Program-made: the position numbers and the translations under genes
Notes under the pieces: model-generated
What the model was told of the DNA's origin: nothing
The model's input: only the letters and a program-made list of their open reading frames with translations
Databases searched by the model: none
Origin: a virus
Direction: 5' to 3' (one strand)
Virus record (IMG/VR): IMGVR_UViG_3300001798_000001
DNA: 64,000 nucleotides
Shown here: positions 35,684-44,050 of the stretch, piece after piece
Layout: every line of letters starts with the position of its first letter
Numbering within the stretch: the stretch's first letter is position 1

Positions 35684-35950
35684 CAATTTGTGTGCGCACT
35701 CCCCAGACCAATGGCGGTCTCATCCTTGCGGACTATCTGGAAAGAAGTACTCTCTTGGTGTCAACCGCGCCCCTTTCATTCGTAAGATGATACTTACGCG
35801 GCAACCTTCCAATACCCTAACTTCTATTTTTTCACTGACGAAAGTGGCTACTGATGACCACCGTATGTCGCGCCAGCGTCCTCCCTTTGTATATGCCCCG
35901 CATTTCTGCGTGACAAACCATTGCCGTCGGGAGAGTACGCACACAAATTG
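35684..35950 (-). ncRNA. Candidate large structured RNA (~267 nt) upstream of ssb
   Basis: 21-bp closing stem that is fully paired only on the minus strand (two G-U pairs); GAAA and GCAA tetraloop hairpins; several internal stems. Confidence 0.65.
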
Positions 35951-35980
35951 TCAAAGAACATTCAGACTCGCATACGAAGT

Positions 35981-36019
35981 CTGAAAAAATTGCGCACCGT
36001 TACTGTGCAATTTTTTCAG
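35981..36019. terminator. Bidirectional terminator-like hairpin
   Basis: CTGAAAAAATTGC...GCAATTTTTTCAG 13-bp inverted repeat; an adjacent hairpin TTCAGACT/AGTCTGAA lies at 35961-35985. Confidence 0.65.
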
Positions 36020-36188
36020 GTTTCGGCCGCCAACCCGAAGGCATCTTCTGTACGGTACGGTTAACCCATGAGCGTTCGAGTTTCATGATCCACGCGATGT
36101 CTCCTCCGGAGTACCCTTCGCAGGACAACTGCCAAATCACTTCGTTCCGTTTCCGGTACAAGTACTGTTTTGATGTTCCAATTTGCAT
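36000..36188 (-). CDS. Small HTH DNA-binding protein (62 aa)
   Basis: RNEVIWQLSCEGYSGGDIAWIMKLERSWVNRTV HTH pattern. Confidence 0.75.
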   Translation of the reverse strand: MQIGTSKQYLYRKRNEVIWQLSCEGYSGGDIAWIMKLERSWVNRTVQKMPSGWRPKPEKIAQ

Positions 36189-36209
36189 AATTTTGATTTT
36201 GACGGGGAT

Positions 36210-36283
36210 TTGTCCACAGGTCGACCCTTACAAAACAGTATAGTGGAGTTATGATGAAATAAGCAACAAAACGGTGTGGATAA
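36210..36283. promoter_or_regulatory. Overlapping divergent promoters, each with a DnaA-like box
   Basis: Minus: TTATCCACA-8-TTGCTT-18-TATACT. Plus: TTGTCCACA-8-CTTACA-17-TATGAT. Confidence 0.7.
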
Positions 36284-36349
36284 AAACTCCCCGAAGTTGC
36301 TTGGTCGAAACCCGTTAGTTCATTACTCATCAGTATAACGTACGAATCT

Positions 36350-36514
36350 ATGGACGATCAGAATACAGCACAACCAGTTGAGGAAACCGCTACCGCACCC
36401 GCAACGCCAGTCGTTGAGGAAGCAGTACCGGAGACCGCAGCGGGCGGTGAAGGTCAACCGCCAGAGGGCGGTGCAGCGGGTGAGACCGCAACTTCGGCAG
36501 CAGGAGCAGAATAG
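36350..36514 (+). CDS. Acidic low-complexity peptide (54 aa, MDDQNTAQPVEETATAPA...)
   Basis: ATG ORF, A/E/G/T-rich; followed by the hairpin GAGTCCGTAC/GTGCGGACTC. Confidence 0.55.
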   Translation: MDDQNTAQPVEETATAPATPVVEEAVPETAAGGEGQPPEGGAAGETATSAAGAE

Positions 36515-36555
36515 CTCCTATATAGAGTCCGTACGTTCCGGGTGCGGACTCCATT

Positions 36556-37620
36556 ATGGGAACTAAAACAACGCAATTTCCACCATACGTTTTGGACTGG
36601 CTGCACGCGCGCGGCATTTCTGATGACGTGTTGGATGAAGCGCGCATCTCATGGCGCGAAAGAAACGGCAGTGGCCAGATCGTCATTCCTGTTTTCGATT
36701 CACGCGGGCGAGAAGTATATTCAAAGTATCGTCGCGACCCAAACTCAACCGAAGGCCCGAAATATAAGTACGACCAGTTTGCAAAGGCGCTTCTCTACAA
36801 TCTTCACCGTGTCAAAGACGACGGTTCTCCTATCTATGTTGTCGAAGGAGAATTCGATGCTTTACTTTTGAACTCGATCGGTCTCAATGCGGTGTCCTCG
36901 ACCGGTGGATCACAAACATTTCCTGCGGCGTGGGCGGGGTATTTTGCTAATCGCAGTGTCTATATCTGCTATGACGCAGACGGTGCAGGTGTGTGCGGAG
37001 CATTCAAAGTACAGGAAGTCCTTCCACAGGCAGGCATCGTTTTTTTGAATCCGAATGAATTTTCAGGGAAGGATGTTACCGACTATATACAGGAACGCGG
37101 TTACGCTGATTTCCAAAGCGCGGTCATGAATGCGCGGAAATATGTAATACCGAAACGCTTCGCTGAAATTCCGCTCGAAAAAAAAGAGTTGAGTGATGCC
37201 TCACATAAAATTCGCAACCTTCAACAAGAAATTATTTTTGAGAGACGCGACCTGATGGGGAAACGCAACGCGTGGTTTGGCCCTATCGATGACTATAGCG
37301 AGATACTTGCCAAACGTCTTGAAGAAGTCGAGCGTATGAAAGTGTCATTCGACCGGGGCGCCGTTGAGGGGGACAGCCGTGTCGACAAAGCGAAGGCTGT
37401 CCCTATTACAAGCCTCGTCAAATTCAATCATCAATGGTATGCGCCATGCCTATGGCATTCAGAGAAAACGCCATCGATGAAATATAATAAGCCGGACAGC
37501 GCGTGGCCGAATACGGTTAAGTGTTTCGGATGCGGACAGATGGGTGATGCCATTGATGTTGTGATGAAGATGCACAACCTGTCTTTTAAAGAGGCAATCA
37601 GTTTCCTATTACACACATGA
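36556..37620 (+). CDS. DNA primase (TOPRIM) with a C-terminal CHC2 zinc finger
   Basis: VEGEFDAL and CYDAD-G TOPRIM motifs, KDVTD; C-terminal CLWHSEKTPS...CFGCGQMGDAI. Confidence 0.88.
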   Translation: MGTKTTQFPPYVLDWLHARGISDDVLDEARISWRERNGSGQIVIPVFDSRGREVYSKYRRDPNSTEGPKYKYDQFAKALLYNLHRVKDDGSPIYVVEGEFDALLLNSIGLNAVSSTGGSQTFPAAWAGYFANRSVYICYDADGAGVCGAFKVQEVLPQAGIVFLNPNEFSGKDVTDYIQERGYADFQSAVMNARKYVIPKRFAEIPLEKKELSDASHKIRNLQQEIIFERRDLMGKRNAWFGPIDDYSEILAKRLEEVERMKVSFDRGAVEGDSRVDKAKAVPITSLVKFNHQWYAPCLWHSEKTPSMKYNKPDSAWPNTVKCFGCGQMGDAIDVVMKMHNLSFKEAISFLLHT

Positions 37621-38078
37621 AACACACCGTACGAGTCATCACCAAAGACACCCGCGAGGTCATTACGGCCGGTGTGCCGCACTGCGTCTTATCCCAGAAC
37701 GGATCTATTTTTCTTCTTAACGCCACCGGTGATTATGCAAACGTCACCGACCGTGTATGGGTCGACTATTCAATAGGGCAACAGGATATCCACGGAAAAG
37801 AGGTGTACGAAAACGATATCGTCATCGCAACCGTTGCCATCAGGATGCTACAGGAATGGGAATCACACGTTGAGACCCACGGTATCATCACCTATAACCC
37901 AGAGTTCGCTGCCTACGACCTGAATATCATCGGCAGAAAGGTACCGGAAATCGGTACCGTCGGCCGATGGAAGGTGTCGCAGGTCGTCGGCAACGCACAT
38001 CAACATCTGCAATTAGTCCACCGCATTCAGGTCGAAAGCGGACAGATTAAAGAGGACACAAACATCACATCAACATGA
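37617..38078 (+). CDS. YopX-family protein
   Basis: IGQQDIHGKEVYENDIV and VVGNAHQ motifs. Confidence 0.8.
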   Translation: MKHTVRVITKDTREVITAGVPHCVLSQNGSIFLLNATGDYANVTDRVWVDYSIGQQDIHGKEVYENDIVIATVAIRMLQEWESHVETHGIITYNPEFAAYDLNIIGRKVPEIGTVGRWKVSQVVGNAHQHLQLVHRIQVESGQIKEDTNITST

Positions 38079-38245
38079 AAACAGACATCGAACGATTGAC
38101 AAAACAGTTCTACAAACTCGTCGCCGAAATAAAGGCGACGCCGCAGGATAATGTGTACCGTTTCACCCTCCTCAAGAAGAAGATGGAGAGGTGCGCGGCA
38201 AAACTGCGCCCTCTTCTTGAGGCAAAAGAAAAACATGACAAATAA
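38075..38245 (+). CDS. Hypothetical protein (56 aa, MKTDIERLTKQFYKLV...)
   Basis: ATGA overlap with YopX. Confidence 0.6.
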   Translation: MKTDIERLTKQFYKLVAEIKATPQDNVYRFTLLKKKMERCAAKLRPLLEAKEKHDK

Positions 38246-38330
38246 TTCATTACTCCGAACGCCCTTCGATATTTTTTGCTGCCCCTTGCGTTGTGGGCGG
38301 CACTCTTCGAGGGGCGTTCAGAGTAATGAA
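38246..38330 (+). other. 85-nt extended RNA hairpin before the helicase gene
   Basis: TTCATTACTC/GAGTAATGAA, GAACGCCCTTCGA/TCGAGGGGCGTTC and TGCTGCCC/GGGCGGCA stems. Confidence 0.7.
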
Positions 38331-38347
38331 TCTGCTCTATAAAAACG

Positions 38348-39694
38348 GTGATGGAAAAAGACTACACAACAATTCAGCGATTCGAAGACCTCCAAGGTGT
38401 CTTTGACGAACACCTGCTTTGGGCTGACCGGCAGGTTATTCGTCTCGTGACTGCGGCGGTCATCGGGAATCAGCTTGATGCTGACCCTGTGTGGATCCTT
38501 GTGGTCGCGGCATCCTCCGGTGGAAAGACCGAAATTATTTCTTCACTGAACGACATAAAAATCGGCGGCAATCAAACCATCTGGCCTATTTCAGACCTCA
38601 CGCGGAACGCATTTGTCTCCGGTATGCGCGGTTCCGGCGGAAAGGAGACGTCGCTTCTTTTCCAAATTCCGTACGGAGGCATCATGACATTCAAAGACTT
38701 TACGTCCATCCTCTCGAAGAATCGTGACGATCAGCAGGAAATCATGGGCCAGTTACGCGAAATTTACGACGGCGAATACGAGAAGCGTGTCGGTACCGGA
38801 GATGAGTTGAAGTGGAAAGGGAAGATCGGCGCCATCGCAGGCTCCACCGGTGTCATCTACGAACACCTTGAGCGTATGAGCGCCATGGGTGACAGATTCA
38901 TGATGTACAACATGAAACAGCCTCCGCGTAAGGATGTTGCTCGTTTGATTTTTGCAAACCAAGATGCGGGCATTTCAAAGACGACGATGCGCGACAAGAA
39001 CAAGGCAGCGATGTCTGCGTACGTCAACTACATTGTAAAAAATATGAAAGAGGAACACGTCAAACTTTCACCGGTGATGCGTGAAGAGATTTTGATGGTT
39101 GCCGACTTCTGCACCGCAGTCCGCTCCGGTGTCATCACCGACGAGCGTAAGGGCCACATTAAGTTCGTTCCTGAACAGGAGATGCCGATGCGCATGATGG
39201 AGCAGTTGCTCTCACTCTCAAACGCATTCATCGCGATGGACGCGACCGAACCGCAGGGTAATAAAAATGCAGAGAAGGGTATTATCAAACCAGACGATCT
39301 AAAACTCCTCTATAAGGTCGCTTTCGACTCAATCCCCATCAAGCGCCGTATGGCCCTACAACTCCTCACCCGACACAAGGGAGGTATCACTACCGCGGGC
39401 CTTGCGACCGCTGTAGGCTACCAGACCCCTGTGGTTGGTCAATGGCTCGCCGAGTTGAACGCCCTCGGAGTCTGCGACCGTGAGAAGAGCGCCGGCCCAC
39501 AGGGAGACCTCTGGATTCTCAAGGATCAGGCACGGGCGGTTATGACTCGCTTCCACGACATTAAGGTGGAGGATGATCAGCTTCGCGACGATAAGGCAGA
39601 CTCGGAGGCGAAGGACGATGAGGAGTCGTGGCTTTCGGGTGCGATGCACGAGATGGATGGAATTGATAGTGAAGCGGCCGACTCATTCGGATAA
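38348..39694 (+). CDS. AAA+ (MCM-like) replicative helicase with a C-terminal HTH
   Basis: Walker A AASSGGKT, Walker B-like IMTFKDF, LREIYDG, GDRFM Arg-finger region; next to the primase. Confidence 0.7.
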   Translation: MMEKDYTTIQRFEDLQGVFDEHLLWADRQVIRLVTAAVIGNQLDADPVWILVVAASSGGKTEIISSLNDIKIGGNQTIWPISDLTRNAFVSGMRGSGGKETSLLFQIPYGGIMTFKDFTSILSKNRDDQQEIMGQLREIYDGEYEKRVGTGDELKWKGKIGAIAGSTGVIYEHLERMSAMGDRFMMYNMKQPPRKDVARLIFANQDAGISKTTMRDKNKAAMSAYVNYIVKNMKEEHVKLSPVMREEILMVADFCTAVRSGVITDERKGHIKFVPEQEMPMRMMEQLLSLSNAFIAMDATEPQGNKNAEKGIIKPDDLKLLYKVAFDSIPIKRRMALQLLTRHKGGITTAGLATAVGYQTPVVGQWLAELNALGVCDREKSAGPQGDLWILKDQARAVMTRFHDIKVEDDQLRDDKADSEAKDDEESWLSGAMHEMDGIDSEAADSFG

Positions 39695-39695
39695 T

Positions 39696-40043
39696 ATGCA
39701 GGCGCTTTGGGTTCCAATACAGGAGTTTGAAGAGTACTACCACATCAGTGATGGTGGTGATATAAAGAGTTTTAAGAAAAAGGAACCACGCGTTCTCAAG
39801 AAAGAAAATCATTATCGAGGGTACCAACGCATCATGCTTTGTAAGGGCGGGAAGCGGTACAAACTCTTTGTGCATCGCATCGTTGCCTCTGCATTCATCC
39901 CGAATCCTGCCGCACACCCGATTGTGAATCACAAAGACGGAGACAAAATGAATAACAAACTGGAAAATCTTGAGTGGGTCGACGCCAAAGAAAACTCGGC
40001 CCACTACCAAAAATACCTGAAAAAACAAAATGACGACTTCTAA
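39696..40043 (+). CDS. NUMOD4/HNH homing endonuclease
   Basis: WVPIQEFEEYYHISDGGDIKS; VHRIVASAFIPNP...VNHKDGDKMNNKLENLEW. Confidence 0.92.
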   Translation: MQALWVPIQEFEEYYHISDGGDIKSFKKKEPRVLKKENHYRGYQRIMLCKGGKRYKLFVHRIVASAFIPNPAAHPIVNHKDGDKMNNKLENLEWVDAKENSAHYQKYLKKQNDDF

Positions 40044-40451
40044 CGTACACTACAGCAGTAAAACCCCCGAATGGGCGACCCCACAGTCGGTGTTTGACTC
40101 TTTGAATAAAGAATTTAAGTTCACACTCGATCCGGCAGCCACAAAACAGAATGCAAAATGCAAAAAATTCTTCACAGTAAAGGAGGATGGATTGAAACAA
40201 TCGTGGCTCGGTGAGCGAGTATTTTGCAATCCGCCTTACGGCCGTGTCATTGGTGATTGGGTCAAAAAATGTGCGGGGGGGGTGCTGCGCTTACGGTTGC
40301 TTTACTTCCTGCTCGTACCGATACACGTTGGTTTCACGAATTCATTTACAACAAATCAGAAATTCGCTTTATTCGCGGACGAATCAAATTTGGCGACGCA
40401 AAGAATTCTGCTCCGTTCCCTAGTATGATCGTAATTTGGAATAAAAAATGA
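40030..40451 (+). pseudogene. Phage Dam-like N6-adenine methyltransferase, frameshifted at a G8 tract (40275-40282)
   Basis: N-terminal half EWATPQ...FTLDPAA...VFCNPPY in one frame; C-terminal half ALLPARTDTRWFH...RFIRGRIKF...APFPSMIVIW in the -1 frame. Confidence 0.88.
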
Positions 40452-40924
40452 AAAAGAAAATTCTCGACGTGTGTTGCGGCGGCCGGATGTTCTGGTTCAA
40501 TAAAAAGCATCCAAACGCACTCTATATCGATAACCGCAAAGTGCGGCCGCAAAAATTAGCAAATCGCCAAAATTTTTCCGTGCAACCTGATGAAATGGGT
40601 GACTTCAGAAAACTACGTTTTCGTACCGGAACTTTTTCGCTCGTTGTCTTTGACCCGCCGCACATTAAAAGAAACGGGAAGACCGGTTGGATGGCAAAAA
40701 AATACGGCAAGTTGAACAAAAAAACATGGAAAAGCGATATAAAGAAGGGATTTTCAGAGTGTTTTAGGGTATTGAAGCCTGACGGTGTACTCATCTTTAA
40801 GTGGAGCGAACACGAAATTCCTTTGAAAGAGGTACTCTCGCTTACTGTTCGGCAGCCCCTATTCGGTCATACGAGTGGCGGTCGTGGTGGCAAGACTCAT
40901 TGGATCGCATTTATGAAACTATGA
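40448..40924 (+). CDS. Second amino-methyltransferase (class I SAM-dependent, DPPH)
   Basis: ILDVCCGGRMFW, VVFDPPH, ECFRVLKPDGVLIFKW. Confidence 0.88.
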   Translation: MKKKILDVCCGGRMFWFNKKHPNALYIDNRKVRPQKLANRQNFSVQPDEMGDFRKLRFRTGTFSLVVFDPPHIKRNGKTGWMAKKYGKLNKKTWKSDIKKGFSECFRVLKPDGVLIFKWSEHEIPLKEVLSLTVRQPLFGHTSGGRGGKTHWIAFMKL

Positions 40925-42186
40925 AGCCATACACACATCAGCAAAAGTTGTGGGACGAAAAACCAAAAAAGACACTTCTCTGTTGGGATACGGGAACCGG
41001 AAAGACGGTCGGCGCCCTCGGCCTTGTCAACATACACTGCAACACCGCAATGGTGGTATGTCCGAAGGCACTGAAAGAAAAATGGAAGCGCGACACCATC
41101 GCATTTCTTGGAGAAAAAGGATACCCCCGCGTCATTTTTGTAACCAAGGAAGAGTTTCGCCGTGACTGGAATAAACTCCCCGCGGTCGACGGTCTCATCG
41201 TTGACGAGGCCCACTACTTTGCCGGTATGAAAAGCCAGATGCACAAAAGTCTCGTCAAATATATCAGTAAACACAACCCGGAGGTCATCATTCTTGCGAC
41301 CGCAACCCCCTACATGTCGACACCGTGGAATATCTATGCGCTCGCAAAAATTCTCGGTAAGGTATGGTCGTACATCAAATTCAAACACGCCTTTTTTGAT
41401 GAGGCGTTCATCTATAACCGCACCGTCCCCGTCGTTAAAAAGGGTATTGAAAAGGAGATTGCCGCCCTCGTCGACAAACTCGGCTCCACCGTTCACATCA
41501 ATGAATGTGCCGACATCCCCGATCAGATTTTTGAGACCGAGAAATTCGAACCGACTAAGGAGCAGGAAAAGAGAAAGGAGACCGCCGCTTTAGAGGATCC
41601 TAACCCTGTCGTCCGCTTCACCAAGTACCACCAGATAGAGAACGGTACTCTTAAGGGCGATGAATTCGTTCCGCACGAATTTTTCGACAATCCGAAGGAA
41701 GAGTACATTCTCACGATGGCGGAGGGGAACGCGAAGATTGCCGTTTTCTGCCGCTACAACCTACAGATCGACCGCCTCAAGGAGAGGTTGAAAGAGGAGA
41801 AAAAGAAGGTTTACGTCATTCGCGGGGACACAAAAAACCGCGATCAGGTGGTGCAGGATGCTGAAGCGTCCGACAACTGCGTCGTTCTCATCAACGCCGC
41901 CTGCTCCGAGGGCTACGAACTTCCTTCTTTCGGCGTCATTCTCTTCGCTTCGTTATCCTTCTCGTATAAGGATTACAAGCAGGGGTGCGGACGGTTTCTC
42001 CGGCTCAACCGGCTCAAGAAGAATGTCTATATCCACCTCGTCTCCGGAGAGATCGACGAGGCGGTCTTCGGCGCCATCATGCGCAAACAGGACTTCAGTA
42101 TGGAGATCTATTCCCGTGATAAGATAGGGGGAACGGTGGAACTCTCTGATGAAGAAACGAGAGGCAACTTTTCAATCGAAGTTTAA
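40921..42186 (+). CDS. SNF2-like SF2 helicase
   Basis: WDTGTGKT, IVDEAH, LATATP, SEGYEL, QGCGRFLRL. Confidence 0.9.
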   Translation: MKPYTHQQKLWDEKPKKTLLCWDTGTGKTVGALGLVNIHCNTAMVVCPKALKEKWKRDTIAFLGEKGYPRVIFVTKEEFRRDWNKLPAVDGLIVDEAHYFAGMKSQMHKSLVKYISKHNPEVIILATATPYMSTPWNIYALAKILGKVWSYIKFKHAFFDEAFIYNRTVPVVKKGIEKEIAALVDKLGSTVHINECADIPDQIFETEKFEPTKEQEKRKETAALEDPNPVVRFTKYHQIENGTLKGDEFVPHEFFDNPKEEYILTMAEGNAKIAVFCRYNLQIDRLKERLKEEKKKVYVIRGDTKNRDQVVQDAEASDNCVVLINAACSEGYELPSFGVILFASLSFSYKDYKQGCGRFLRLNRLKKNVYIHLVSGEIDEAVFGAIMRKQDFSMEIYSRDKIGGTVELSDEETRGNFSIEV

Positions 42187-42571
42187 TCGCTTTCTCAAGC
42201 ATAAATTCCTCAAAGAGAACGGTGGAAGGTCTTTTGTATTTGAATTGAAACACGCCAACGGCGCACCGCTCCCCTATTCCGCAGTCCTCCCGCATCAACG
42301 GGACGCACTCAAAGCCGCCAAGAATGGCGGTCTCGTCTATAAAATCCCCGATGATTCGCGCGGATACAAACCATTCGATTGCTTCGCACTGTCATCGATC
42401 GAAGCATACGTCGTCATCCTGTACCGACACACCTTTTATATGATCGACATCGATCGGTTCCTTGTGAAAGAAATGCTGTCAAAACAGAAGTCGCTCTCCG
42501 AAGAGGACGCTAAAAATTCTGCCGTATATGAATTTACTTTTGCACACCGCTCTTCAGCGAAAAAATCTTAA
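42149..42571 (+). CDS. RecU/VRR-NUC-like PD-(D/E)XK nuclease (resolvase candidate)
   Basis: REATFQ...FELKH...HQ...YKIPD...PFD pattern. Confidence 0.7.
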   Translation: MKKREATFQSKFNRFLKHKFLKENGGRSFVFELKHANGAPLPYSAVLPHQRDALKAAKNGGLVYKIPDDSRGYKPFDCFALSSIEAYVVILYRHTFYMIDIDRFLVKEMLSKQKSLSEEDAKNSAVYEFTFAHRSSAKKS

Positions 42572-42815
42572 ACTGTTTGATGCACTCTTTGCAGACCTTG
42601 CCCTTGTGCTTTTTTTTGTCGTATTCCTCCGGTTCAAATTTCCTGCTTTTGCTTATTCCCCACGGCGTTTTACTCTCCTGATCACAAAAGGTATCCAAAT
42701 AAAAATCTTGCAGCTTGTCGACAGATGATCCCCACCGCTTATTAAAAATGATGCAGTAGGAATCTTCCTTCTGGTACCATTGACGCGTGTTGATTATTTG
42801 AGGTTTAGCCATCAC
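42534..42815 (-). CDS. Hypothetical protein with Cys motifs
   Basis: FCDQE...VCKECI; last gene of the leftward operon. Confidence 0.5.
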   Translation of the reverse strand: MMAKPQIINTRQWYQKEDSYCIIFNKRWGSSVDKLQDFYLDTFCDQESKTPWGISKSRKFEPEEYDKKKHKGKVCKECIKQFKIFSLKSGVQK

Positions 42816-43495
42816 CGTTTGAGATAGTAATTGAGCCAGTGTTCGACCGTATACGCAAGATCCTCTCCCATGGCGACGTTATCTTTGACCCATTGCAGAT
42901 AGTCCGGGGGCGCGATTCCGAAGGGTTGTTCCTTGTATTTTCCGAACGGCCATTTCTTCATCATAATCGGGGTTGCAGAAATTTTTATCATTTCTTCGAC
43001 TGAAATCTCCTGTGTTTTCTGGTAGTGATTGAAAAGTGCCTCAAGAACGAGGACGTCGCCCCATGCGTCGTGCGGGGTTCCTTCCACTTCGAGTTCGTAG
43101 TGGTAGCGCAAGTACTGCAGATTCTGCTTCGGCAGCGCGCCCACAGTGTCGAAGTGGTGTGTAAGTCGGTAGGTGCAGATGACGTTCGAGAGCGCGATTC
43201 CTTCGCGCGCGAAATAGCCGACGTCGAATATCGCGTTGTGCGCGACGTGAATGAGGTCGGGATCCTCCATCACCTCCTTCACGAGTGCGTAATCGTCGCT
43301 CTCCTTGAAGGCGGGTTTCGTTGCAACCATCTTCGGAGTAATGTGACAGACCGCCTGCGCCTCTATAGATATAGGAAGTGGTGGTTTGAAAAGCTCATTA
43401 AACTCGTGAGTCTTCGACCTGAAAGCCACCTGCACAAGGCGGTCTTCAGGGCCGATGCCGGTCGTTTCCAAATCGAAGAATACGAAGTCTTTCAT
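42812..43495 (-). CDS. DEDDh 3'-5' exonuclease (ExoX-like) with a C-terminal DUF3820-like domain
   Basis: FFDLETTG, AHNAIFD, HDAWGDV; WPFGKYK...PDYLQWV. Confidence 0.9.
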   Translation of the reverse strand: MKDFVFFDLETTGIGPEDRLVQVAFRSKTHEFNELFKPPLPISIEAQAVCHITPKMVATKPAFKESDDYALVKEVMEDPDLIHVAHNAIFDVGYFAREGIALSNVICTYRLTHHFDTVGALPKQNLQYLRYHYELEVEGTPHDAWGDVLVLEALFNHYQKTQEISVEEMIKISATPIMMKKWPFGKYKEQPFGIAPPDYLQWVKDNVAMGEDLAYTVEHWLNYYLKR

Positions 43496-43731
43496 ACGGC
43501 GAATTTATTTTGCTCTTCTAATATAGGCTGTCCGCAGTCGGGAAACGTACAGTAAAAAACCTCTTTCAGTAGCGCATTCAGCTTCGGATTCTTAATGTCG
43601 AAACGAACCATCTCATCCGAAAGGCGGCGCTTGCACGAACCACAGGTGTAGGATTTAGTAATCATATCATACGTCGTACCGTTGACGAACGTATAATACT
43701 TTCCTGTCTGCATGTAGTGAATCTGGCTCAT
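43492..43731 (-). CDS. Zinc-ribbon protein (79 aa)
   Basis: CGSC...CTFPDCG. Confidence 0.65.
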   Translation of the reverse strand: MSQIHYMQTGKYYTFVNGTTYDMITKSYTCGSCKRRLSDEMVRFDIKNPKLNALLKEVFYCTFPDCGQPILEEQNKFAV

Positions 43732-43732
43732 A

Positions 43733-43936
43733 CTATTTGTATCGACTCGTGAAATCGCCGGTCAGCGCACCATCTGACATACGCGGGTGTCCAATAAGGT
43801 GCCACACAAACATCGGTACAAATCTCTTCCACCGTCGATCGCGGAATTTATGGCTTTGAGAAAAAAGGGGCGCACCATCACCGTAAGTTTTTTTCATATT
43901 GGAAACGTGCGAAGAAACACATTGTCTTGGTCGCAC
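43733..43936 (-). CDS. Hypothetical protein (67 aa)
   Basis: Operon-packed ORF. Confidence 0.5.
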   Translation of the reverse strand: MRPRQCVSSHVSNMKKTYGDGAPLFSQSHKFRDRRWKRFVPMFVWHLIGHPRMSDGALTGDFTSRYK

Positions 43937-44050
43937 TCAAATTTAGTGTGAGCGAGAGCGTCAACCATATTATCCAATCGTTTCAACGAAGGGTTTTCAG
44001 GTACCTGTTGTGTCACACCACAGTTAGCACATTCAAGTTTAACGGCCATA

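Noticed and set aside
35725-35740. Group I intron (AGAUAGUCC resembles the S element)
   Set aside because: There is no matching GACUA P7 strand or Q element, and no interrupted gene.
35835-35860. Hammerhead ribozyme (CTGACGA/CTGATGA, GAAA)
   Set aside because: The core motifs are too close together and in an order that leaves no room for stems I and III.
35720-35944. 74-aa minus-strand ORF inside the structured element
   Set aside because: GTG start lies inside the closing stem and there are no recognisable motifs. The RNA-structure evidence is stronger, though the ORF is not excluded.
35971-35980. CATACGAAGT as a second copy of the recombinase-promoter motif TATACGAAGT
   Set aside because: A 9-mer match is expected by chance in a genome of this size.
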